A DNA stretch of 42,126 bases from an uncultured Pirellulales bacterium. GTDB lineage: Bacteria; Planctomycetota; Phycisphaerae; Sedimentisphaerales; SM23-30. Below are positions 35,411 to 42,126 of the stretch, one piece after another. How positions within the stretch are numbered: the stretch's first letter is position 1; every line of letters begins with the position of its first letter. The position numbers and the translations under genes were made by a program. The stretch covers positions 1-42,126 of the forward strand of contig CAZOTP010000001.1 in the NCBI GenBank assembly GCA_964582655.1, given 5' to 3'. Under the pieces are notes generated by a model. The model saw only the letters and a program-made list of their open reading frames with translations. It ran no database searches and was not told the origin of the DNA.

Positions 35411-35423
35411 TTCGGGAACATCG

Positions 35424-36011
35424 ATGAAGAGTCTGATTCTGAATGCCGCCGGCTCCGACCCATCCCCCGTCAATCGGATGGTGCAACGGTTGTCCGACAT
35501 TCTGGAATATCAGCTTGGGCAGGATCATTGCCAGACGGAAACCATTTCTCTGCGGGAGAGGAACATTCGTCATTGCCTGGGGTGTTTTTCCTGCTGGGTG
35601 AAAACTCCCGGACGCTGCATCGTGGAGGATGACGAGCGGGACATCGCCGCCAAAGCCGTCCGTTCGGATATTCTCGCGGCGGTTACGCCCGTGGTGTTCG
35701 GCGGTTACGGCTATGAGCTGAAAAAAGCCCTCGACCGGATGATTCCCACCATTCTGCCCCTGTTTACCCTCGTTCAAAATGAAATCCACCACAAACCCCG
35801 TTACAATCAATACCCCTCCTGGCTGATTCTGGGCGTCCAGGAAAGTCCCGATGATAAAGAACGCGCCGTCTTTCAAACTCTCGTCCATCGCAACGCCCTG
35901 AACGTTTACTGCCCTTCCTTTGCCTCGGCGGTCTTCACCCCGGGGGAGGAGGAGTCATCGCTCGAATCCAAAATCCGCTCCCTGATCCAAGCTCTGGAGG
36001 CGCAGGCATGA
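35424..36011 (+). CDS. Iron-sulfur flavoprotein (Isf)-like flavodoxin-fold protein
   Basis: MKSLILNAAGS (flavodoxin-like start) and a compact Cys cluster C-LG-C-FS-C-WVKTPGR-C (C-x2-C-x2-C-x7-C), as in archaeal/clostridial Isf. TPVVFGGYGYELKKALDR. Confidence 0.65.
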   Translation: MKSLILNAAGSDPSPVNRMVQRLSDILEYQLGQDHCQTETISLRERNIRHCLGCFSCWVKTPGRCIVEDDERDIAAKAVRSDILAAVTPVVFGGYGYELKKALDRMIPTILPLFTLVQNEIHHKPRYNQYPSWLILGVQESPDDKERAVFQTLVHRNALNVYCPSFASAVFTPGEEESSLESKIRSLIQALEAQA

Positions 36012-36691
36012 TTTCCGCACCCCCTCGCGTTCTCCTGCTCACCGGCAGCCCCCGCATCGGGAAAAGCAACTCCGAATCGCTGGGGCTTTATCTTCTGGAT
36101 CGGCTGGCCGAAAAAGGCTGGCAAACGCAGCATTTTTCCATCCTCGCCCGCGAAGACTTCGAAACTCTGCTGCAACATATTCTCGATGCATTCGCCCTCG
36201 CCGATCTGATTGTATTTTCCGGCCCTCTCTATGTGGATAGCCTTCCCGCCGCGGTCATTCCCTTTCTCCAGAAGATCGCGGAATTTCAGAGCCGCTCGCC
36301 CGGCGAAAATCCCAAACAATTCACCGCGATTCTCAACTGCGGTTTTCTGGAAGCCTTTCACAACGATGTCGCGATGGAAATCCTTCGCCTATTCGCCTTG
36401 CGGGCAAACCTGCACTGGTGCGGAGGCTTGGCGATGGGCGCGGGAGAACTCATCGACCAGAAATCTCTCCCAAAATCCTCCCGTCTCTGCCGCCATGCCC
36501 GATCCTCTCTTGACCTTGCCGCCGAAGCTCTCGATCAAAAGCAGGATATTCCCGCCGAAGCGATCCGGCTCATCGCCAAAGCGCCGATTCCCCGCTGGAT
36601 GTACGTTTTCGTCGCCAATCTCTGGTGGCTCGGAAAAGCCTTCCAAAACCGTGTTCTCCTCCGGCTCCGATCCCGGCCCGACAAAGAATAA
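36008..36691 (+). CDS. Flavodoxin-like fold / NAD(P)H-dependent oxidoreductase-like protein
   Basis: ATGA overlap with the previous gene. RVLLLTGSPRIGKSNSESL (FMN-reductase-like P-loop) and LIVFSGPLYVDSLPAAV. No Cys cluster. The function is weakly supported. Confidence 0.5.
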   Translation: MISAPPRVLLLTGSPRIGKSNSESLGLYLLDRLAEKGWQTQHFSILAREDFETLLQHILDAFALADLIVFSGPLYVDSLPAAVIPFLQKIAEFQSRSPGENPKQFTAILNCGFLEAFHNDVAMEILRLFALRANLHWCGGLAMGAGELIDQKSLPKSSRLCRHARSSLDLAAEALDQKQDIPAEAIRLIAKAPIPRWMYVFVANLWWLGKAFQNRVLLRLRSRPDKE

Positions 36692-36768
36692 TTTCGCTAC
36701 CGGAGGCAGGGAACGGGGATATCTGAAAAATTCTCCCAATCCTGCCGTCCATTCAGAACACCGTTTTT

Positions 36769-37533
36769 TTACTTTTCCTCGCCCAGCGGTCGAATCCAGA
36801 TGTTCCGGTATCGAACCGGAGTTTCATGTTCCTGAATCACCAGAGGCAGCGCATCGGCATGGGGATGATATTTCGGAGGTTTCATGTGGGCGGTTTTGCC
36901 CCGAATTTCAAAATGATCCTGAATCAGCACCCCGTTGTGGAAGAGCGTGATTCGAGCGGGGCGAAGAACCATACCGTCCTTGCGGAAGGCGGGCCGATGA
37001 AAAATGATGTCAAAGCTTTGCCATTGCCCCGGTTTTCGGCACGCGTTCACCAGAGGGGGATTCTGGCCGTAGATGGCACCCGCCTGCCCGTCGGGATAGG
37101 TCCGATTTTCATAGGAGTCCAGAACCTGAATTTCATACTGCCCCATCAGAAATACCCCGCTGTTGCCGCGCGTCTGGCTTTCCCCTTTCGCTTCCGCGGG
37201 CGAAGCCCATTCCAGATGGAGCTGGCAGTCTCCAAACGACTGCCGGGTCCGGATATCCCCGATTTCCGGTATCGCCTCCATATACCCGTTTTCCAGCTTC
37301 CACGGCGCCGGCCCGCCCTGAATCGATTCCCATGCGTCCAGCGTTTTTCCATCCAATAAAACTATAGCGTCCGAGGGTGCATCTCCCGGCGTCTCCGATG
37401 GCGTCACCACCACCGGCTGGGGGCGATTCATATCGTGCGGCACCCATTTCGGCGCAGAGCTTCCGCCGGAAGTTATACACCCCGCTCCCGCCAGCAGAAC
37501 AGCCAGTCCCGATAATCCGAACGTCTTACGCAT
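36769..37533 (-). CDS. DUF1080 (3-keto-disaccharide hydrolase domain) lipoprotein
   Basis: ATG 37533 after GGAGGG. Lipobox LLAGAG|C. Typical DUF1080 blocks: LLDGKTLDAWES, WKLENGYMEA, GDIRTRQSFGDCQLHLEW, GNSGVFLMGQYEIQVLDS, GAIYGQNPP, NGVLIQDHFEI and PVRYRNIWIRPL. Confidence 0.85.
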   Translation of the reverse strand: MRKTFGLSGLAVLLAGAGCITSGGSSAPKWVPHDMNRPQPVVVTPSETPGDAPSDAIVLLDGKTLDAWESIQGGPAPWKLENGYMEAIPEIGDIRTRQSFGDCQLHLEWASPAEAKGESQTRGNSGVFLMGQYEIQVLDSYENRTYPDGQAGAIYGQNPPLVNACRKPGQWQSFDIIFHRPAFRKDGMVLRPARITLFHNGVLIQDHFEIRGKTAHMKPPKYHPHADALPLVIQEHETPVRYRNIWIRPLGEEK

Positions 37534-37686
37534 CGCAGCACCCTCCAAAAACGTTTTGTACCATTTCCACTCAGAAAGATCCTTTGTATTGTATCTGTCG
37601 CTTACAAGTGATTTCTGTTTTCGTTTTTACTATTCCGCTTTAGGCTCTGTTATGCTTTTCTGAAAAACGATGGTTTTGGAAACCTA

Positions 37687-39423
37687 TTAATAAAATTCGA
37701 TGGCGTAGAGTTTTGCCTGGCGCATCTGGAATCGCAGGCGGATTGGTTTGCCTTGGCAAGAGAGGCTCTCCTGCCCGTTCCAGCGGACCGGAAAGGCCAG
37801 GCTGTCGCCGACCATCGTGTCGGTCTGTTCAAACGACCTCTCGTCGATATCTTTTGATTTGCCGAGATGCCGGACGGCAACCTTAATATAGCCGGTGGGT
37901 TTGATCACGGCGTTGATGCGAATCCGGTCTGCCGGGGGGATGACGGCGACCGTGGAAAATTCCCCTTCCTCATCGCATTGCAGGGCAACGAGTCTGCCCT
38001 TGGGCCAGGTTGCCCGGCCTCCCACGCCCGTCAGTCCGGGAAACAGACCCTTGCGAAATTCGAGATTCCGGCCGGGATATTTGTGGGGGATGGGATTGCC
38101 GCTGTAGGCCAGGCACCATGTGTTATCGGGATATTCCAGGAGGTTTCCGGTGCAGAAAACGTATCCGCCGTCATTTTCACCGGGCAAACCGCTTCGCACG
38201 ACCGGTCCTCCGGGTACTTTTGACCATGTCCAGCCATCGGCACTGGACCAAAGCCAGATATCGCCGCCATCGGATTCGGTTTCCCAGAGCCAAGGGAACA
38301 TGACATGATTGTCGGGGCATCCCGGCAGGGTGGTTTTGCAATTGTTGTACCAGACATGGCTGGGCGGTTGGTCCGCTCCGGTGCTGATGACAATTTCGGG
38401 CGGGCTGAAATGTCGAAAATCGCTGCTGAGGGCGCGTCCGATGGAACGGCGTCCGGTGCCGATCCAGGAGGTATCGTTGTCCGGCTCGCCGCGCCGCAGC
38501 CGCTCGTTCACCTGCCAGGCGCGGACGTAGGCGACATATTGTTTCAAATCCGTGTCGTAGTAGCAGGTATTGGCGGTGTCGGCGTGCTGGATCATCAGCG
38601 GTTCGGGCAGCACATTCCAATGGATCCCGTCGGGCGATACGGCGCCGAAGACGGCGAACACGCACCGGTATCCGCTGATGTCGGGCCGGCGGGCCATGGT
38701 GTCCGCCTCGCCCGGATATTTTTGTACGAAGGCGTTCCATTCCTCCTCGGTGATCAGGCCCAGATGCAGCATCTTGTACCGTTCTTCTTTGGAACTGGGA
38801 TCGACGAAGACGCATCCGCCGTGATAGCCCCGCGTCAGGCCGTTGACATCTCCGCGGTACACGATGCTGTTATTCTTGTTTCCGGCGTATTCAAACAGTC
38901 CGAGATCGGGTTCGTGCCAGGTTCTTCCGTCGTCCGACTCCGCGTAGGCGATATGCGAATTGTGCCCGGGCAAGATTTTGTCCTTCGTGCTGAACGGTTC
39001 GGGCTCGGGACACGGTCCCACTTCATACCACGCTTTGTATTTGCCTTCGTCAAACACCTGGGCAACGCGTTCGGAGCAGGGAACTTTGCGGGCCGGCTGC
39101 GCCACCAGGCGGATTCCTCGCGGCATGGCGCTGGAATCGAATCGGGCCGGCCGTGTCCCGTCGCCTTTGAGCCAGCCAAGCTGCGTTTTCTGTTCATCGG
39201 TCACATCGGGATCGAACTGCACATCCCAGCGGAACTGTCCGGGATGAACATATTTCCAGCTGGTGAAATAGATGGCATTACCTTTCAATTGAACCGGTTC
39301 GCCGTAAAACCGGCTGGTTTGCGCCCCGGCGGGATGGAGGAAGATCCATCCCCACAACAACACGATGGTCAACGGACAGCCAACCCGAAACAAAGTGCGT
39401 ACGGTTTTGTGATCATGTTTCAT
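37687..39423 (-). CDS. Secreted Asp-box (BNR)-containing beta-propeller-like protein with C-terminal beta-sandwich; putative glycoside hydrolase, family unknown
   Basis: Signal-like N-terminus (PLTIVLLWGWIFLHPAGA). One canonical Asp-box SDDGRTW and two degenerate ones (SPDGIHW, SSADGWTW). ATGA overlap with the upstream URO-D-like gene. Confidence 0.5.
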   Translation of the reverse strand: MKHDHKTVRTLFRVGCPLTIVLLWGWIFLHPAGAQTSRFYGEPVQLKGNAIYFTSWKYVHPGQFRWDVQFDPDVTDEQKTQLGWLKGDGTRPARFDSSAMPRGIRLVAQPARKVPCSERVAQVFDEGKYKAWYEVGPCPEPEPFSTKDKILPGHNSHIAYAESDDGRTWHEPDLGLFEYAGNKNNSIVYRGDVNGLTRGYHGGCVFVDPSSKEERYKMLHLGLITEEEWNAFVQKYPGEADTMARRPDISGYRCVFAVFGAVSPDGIHWNVLPEPLMIQHADTANTCYYDTDLKQYVAYVRAWQVNERLRRGEPDNDTSWIGTGRRSIGRALSSDFRHFSPPEIVISTGADQPPSHVWYNNCKTTLPGCPDNHVMFPWLWETESDGGDIWLWSSADGWTWSKVPGGPVVRSGLPGENDGGYVFCTGNLLEYPDNTWCLAYSGNPIPHKYPGRNLEFRKGLFPGLTGVGGRATWPKGRLVALQCDEEGEFSTVAVIPPADRIRINAVIKPTGYIKVAVRHLGKSKDIDERSFEQTDTMVGDSLAFPVRWNGQESLSCQGKPIRLRFQMRQAKLYAIEFY

Positions 39424-40559
39424 AACGGTCTCCTTGCTTCTTCGATCATGGCATACAGATTTTCCTGCGGGGTTTCACGGCCGACCTGATCGCCCGTGCC
39501 GACGATGACCCGCGGATTGCCTTCAAAGGCCTCGAGAATTTCACGGACCTCGCGCCGAATATCATCGGGCGAACGGCGGATGAGTGTTTCGACGGTATGC
39601 ACATTGCCGTTCATGGTTGTTCGGCCCTTCAACAGGTTTGCGACGCGGCGAAGCCCTTCCAGACCAACAATATCCCCTCCCGGCGGCCGTTCGAAGGGAC
39701 AGACGCAATCCACACCCATTTCCGCGAAATCGGCTACAGTTTCCATGCATTTGCCGTGAAAATGGATGTGAAGCAGCCTGCCCTGTTGGTGCAGTTCCTC
39801 CGCGACGGCGGCAATTACGGGTTTGTCCCATCGCCGCCACATCGCTGGTCCGATCAGGCTGTTGCAGCTCCAGACGCATCCGATGCAGAAACTTTCAAAC
39901 GGAGTCCGCTCACACAAGAATCGGGTTTTTTCAACCATGTATTCGATGTATCGCCGCTGGAGAGTTTCAAACCGGGAGGGATTTTCCAGAAGGTCGAAGA
40001 TGCCCTGTTCCAGGCCGCCTTCTCTAGCGGTGGCGTAAACATCAAAGAACGGCAGTCCCAGCCAGACCTCCAGGAGGTAACTTTCGCCTACATCCTGCCA
40101 GGCGCGATTCATGTTCGCTATGTCAATGGTTGCCGGATCCGGCATGGCCAGATGCAGCCACGCCAGCAGATCACGGTCAGGCTCTTTAATCGGCCGTTCG
40201 ACCGTCCAGCTTGGTTCGTGCCTGTCGTAGCGATGTCGCGAGCGGATGGTTCCAAAGGGGGTTCGGATTTCCGTGCGTGTTTCCAGGCAATCCGGATGGA
40301 TCCAGGTTTCAGTCTTTTTGACATCCGCATCGGGGGGCATGCCGTCGCTCATCACAACGCCCCAGCCTTCGCAGCTGAATGTCTCGAACGCGTGCTTCAA
40401 CCCCAGATGAAACGGAACCTCCCGTTCGAATTCGATCATGTCAACGCCCATCAGTCTGGCCGGAATATAGTACCAGAATTCCGGCGCCACGGCGACACGG
40501 TCATTGGGAATGCCGCGGTAGGCATGGAGCATTCGCTGTTTAGGTGTCAACGCGTTCAT
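39420..40559 (-). CDS. Uroporphyrinogen decarboxylase (URO-D)/MtaA-like family protein, non-haem context
   Basis: The in-frame ATG at 40559 (1 nt after the Gfo stop) gives 379 aa: MNALTPKQRMLHAYRGIPNDRVAVAPEFW. LLHIHFHGKC (H-x-C/H-G block). C-terminal GTGDQVGRETPQENLYAMIEEAR is like the URO-D-family ..G-x-x-x-P-x-x-TP-x-EN-x-x-AM.. end. Confidence 0.72.
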   Translation of the reverse strand: MNALTPKQRMLHAYRGIPNDRVAVAPEFWYYIPARLMGVDMIEFEREVPFHLGLKHAFETFSCEGWGVVMSDGMPPDADVKKTETWIHPDCLETRTEIRTPFGTIRSRHRYDRHEPSWTVERPIKEPDRDLLAWLHLAMPDPATIDIANMNRAWQDVGESYLLEVWLGLPFFDVYATAREGGLEQGIFDLLENPSRFETLQRRYIEYMVEKTRFLCERTPFESFCIGCVWSCNSLIGPAMWRRWDKPVIAAVAEELHQQGRLLHIHFHGKCMETVADFAEMGVDCVCPFERPPGGDIVGLEGLRRVANLLKGRTTMNGNVHTVETLIRRSPDDIRREVREILEAFEGNPRVIVGTGDQVGRETPQENLYAMIEEARRPL

Positions 40560-40560
40560 C

Positions 40561-41619
40561 TTACAGCCGCCATGGAATTTCGATTGCCCGGCCCTGAGAA
40601 GCGCTTTGGCCGATGGCTTCAATCAGCTCATCCACTTCATAGCCGGTGATTCGCGACTGGGACCCCTGCGTTCGATGGGCGATATTTCGGCAGAAAAAGG
40701 CAACGGCCCGGTCAAACGGAGAGACCGGATCAAAGCGGTACTCCGTGGTATTGCCCTCTGTATTGTCATAATGTCGAAGCAGAGAAGCCTTCCGGTCCGG
40801 CTGGTCCCACATCGCACTGAAAATTTCGAGAGTTCCTCTGGTTCCGACCAGTTCGATTCGCTCATCCCAGCCATCCCGCAGGAATCCGATGTATTTGAGC
40901 GGATGGGCGACGGCGTCCAAATGGGCCACGCCGTTTTGCGTTTCCAGGATCGCCGCGGCGTGCAGGTCATAATCCCGGTCCGCGGGGGTATGCAGATTCG
41001 CGAACACGCGGCGGGGCCGTCCCAGAAAAAACAGGATCAGATCCAGCAGGTGGCTTCCCCCGCAGACGAGAATTCCGCCGCCATAGTTTTTCCGCACGGC
41101 GGACATTCCCGAGGGGGGTGTGTGGAAAAATCCTCCCGGGGGATTCGCGTTCCACAGCTCGCCCCACGGCTGATACGTTCGAATATGCATGGAAATGATC
41201 TGTCCCAGATTTGGCAGGAGTTCCTTTGCCTTTTCGACGGCGGTGATGAACCGTTTCATGTAGGAGGTATAAAAAATGGTTTGTTTTTCTTCCGCCCGGC
41301 GAACCACTTCGAGGGCATCGGCGGCACAGGTTGCCAGCGTTTTTTCACAGATCACGGCTTTACCGCTTTCGATCGCGGCCAGACAGATCGGTTTGTGAAC
41401 GGAGGAATTGGCGGTCGCAACCATAAGATCTACGTCGGGATCCCTGATAATTTCGCGATAATCGCATGTAACGGCGGCGCTGAATTTTTGCGCCCAGGGC
41501 CGTGCCGCCTGCTCATTCAGGTCGCACACCCATTTTACGCGGACGCCCGCCTTTTCCAGTCCGGAAAAATGAAACCGTGCGATATTCCCGCATCCAATCA
41601 CACCGGCTATGAGATTCAT
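40561..41619 (-). CDS. Gfo/Idh/MocA-family NAD(P)-dependent oxidoreductase
   Basis: MNLIAGVIGCGNIARFHFSGL (Rossmann G-x-G-x-x-A/G), SVHKPICLAAIESGKAVICEKT (EKP-like motif), and a C-terminal alpha/beta oligomerisation domain. Confidence 0.9.
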   Translation of the reverse strand: MNLIAGVIGCGNIARFHFSGLEKAGVRVKWVCDLNEQAARPWAQKFSAAVTCDYREIIRDPDVDLMVATANSSVHKPICLAAIESGKAVICEKTLATCAADALEVVRRAEEKQTIFYTSYMKRFITAVEKAKELLPNLGQIISMHIRTYQPWGELWNANPPGGFFHTPPSGMSAVRKNYGGGILVCGGSHLLDLILFFLGRPRRVFANLHTPADRDYDLHAAAILETQNGVAHLDAVAHPLKYIGFLRDGWDERIELVGTRGTLEIFSAMWDQPDRKASLLRHYDNTEGNTTEYRFDPVSPFDRAVAFFCRNIAHRTQGSQSRITGYEVDELIEAIGQSASQGRAIEIPWRL

Positions 41620-41622
41620 GAT

Positions 41623-42090
41623 TTAGTTCCTCGATAAAGGCTGCTCCTGCTGTTTGAGAACGGATGCCAGAGCTTCATGCCACAGCTTCGCCATGTACCG
41701 GACGCCCTGGACATTCGGATGGACCGGATCGTCGCCGTACCATCTGGTTTTTTCCGTCGCGTACGCCTGAAAAAAATCCGGACCGGGAGAAAGATTCATT
41801 TTCTGAACCAGTGTATCGATTTCAAGGCAGTATCCCTTGAGGATTTCCGCTGCTCCATCGAAGTAATCGTAGCAGGGTTTCGCCACGAAGATTTGATCCG
41901 GCTTCGCGCCACAGGTCTGCAAAAGCATGTTCACCAGTTCCCGCAGGCTGGCGGCAAACGCCTCTTTGGGTATCTTCGCCCGCTCATCATTCACACCCAG
42001 ATGAATCAGCCAGACCCGGGGCTTCAGCAATCTCATGCGTTCCTGCCATTTCGCATCCTGCCGCATCATCGCTAGTTCCGTTTCCAGCAA
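41623..42090 (-). CDS. SGNH/GDSL-hydrolase C-terminal portion (blocks III and V only)
   Basis: WLIHLGVNDE (block III G-x-N-D) and GDDPVHPNVQG (block V D-x-x-H). TTG start at 42090 as listed. An in-frame TAA at 42106-42108 means the Ser-containing block I is not in this frame. The window ends 36 nt upstream. Confidence 0.55.
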   Translation of the reverse strand: MLETELAMMRQDAKWQERMRLLKPRVWLIHLGVNDERAKIPKEAFAASLRELVNMLLQTCGAKPDQIFVAKPCYDYFDGAAEILKGYCLEIDTLVQKMNLSPGPDFFQAYATEKTRWYGDDPVHPNVQGVRYMAKLWHEALASVLKQQEQPLSRN

Positions 42091-42126
42091 ATGAGTTTCG
42101 TGTTTTTAAGTCTTTGTAATATCGCA

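Noticed and set aside
1-42126. A scan for CRISPR arrays, tRNA/rRNA/tmRNA/RNase P/SRP RNA signatures, transposases, integrases, phage genes and defence-system hallmarks.
   Set aside because: None was recognised by eye. CAGGTCCGGAA at about 18886 resembles part of the SRP RNA motif, but the rest of the conserved sequence is absent.

Overview
This is a gene-dense, high-GC bacterial chromosomal window. By eye I found no rRNA, tRNA, CRISPR array, transposase or integrase. All calls come from manual translation and motif recognition; nothing was searched against a database. Internal start codons were derived arithmetically from the ORF track.

Contents in order:
1. Housekeeping genes uvrB (5' end cut by the window edge), nadC and birA.
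2. A pseudopilin/secretin cluster: three tandem GspG-like pseudopilins, a small TM protein, a GspH-like pseudopilin, a secretin and a TPR lipoprotein. No ATPase, platform protein or prepilin peptidase is present. Overlapping genes for a sensor kinase, a stand-alone receiver and a GAF/HD-GYP protein follow directly.
3. A cytoplasmic GH10-like TIM-barrel gene whose catalytic Glu positions look substituted.
4. The pntAA-pntAB-pntB transhydrogenase operon.
5. An anaerobe-type O2/ROS detoxification island: a ferredoxin and sigma-70-family factor, the divergent operons Rbr-like/flavodiiron protein/rubredoxin and rubrerythrin/desulfoferrodoxin/ferritin, and further on an Isf-like flavoprotein pair.
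6. A pectin/hexuronate locus: a GH127-like gene, a ROK regulator, a very AT-rich divergent control region, then a six-gene operon of GH28, UxaE-like (frameshifted), SDR, HAD, LarA-like epimerase and gnd.
7. On the minus strand, a DUF1080 gene and a tightly coupled operon of SGNH, Gfo/Idh/MocA, URO-D-like and Asp-box propeller genes.

The gene content (many prepilin-type proteins, DUF1080, Dfx/Rbr/FDP) suggests an anaerobic PVC-group bacterium such as a Planctomycetota/Phycisphaerae-like lineage; this is inference only.

Most notable observations:
- A gene-wise rather than strand-wise split in synonymous codon usage, G-ending versus C-ending, that changes near 20.3 kb.
- A one-base insertion that frameshifts the UxaE-like gene.
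- A Thermotoga-like hexuronate-to-gluconate shunt using a LarA-family enzyme.
- The orphan pseudopilin/secretin cluster joined to a c-di-GMP (HD-GYP) module.
- The uncharacterised URO-D-like/Asp-box/Gfo/SGNH operon.
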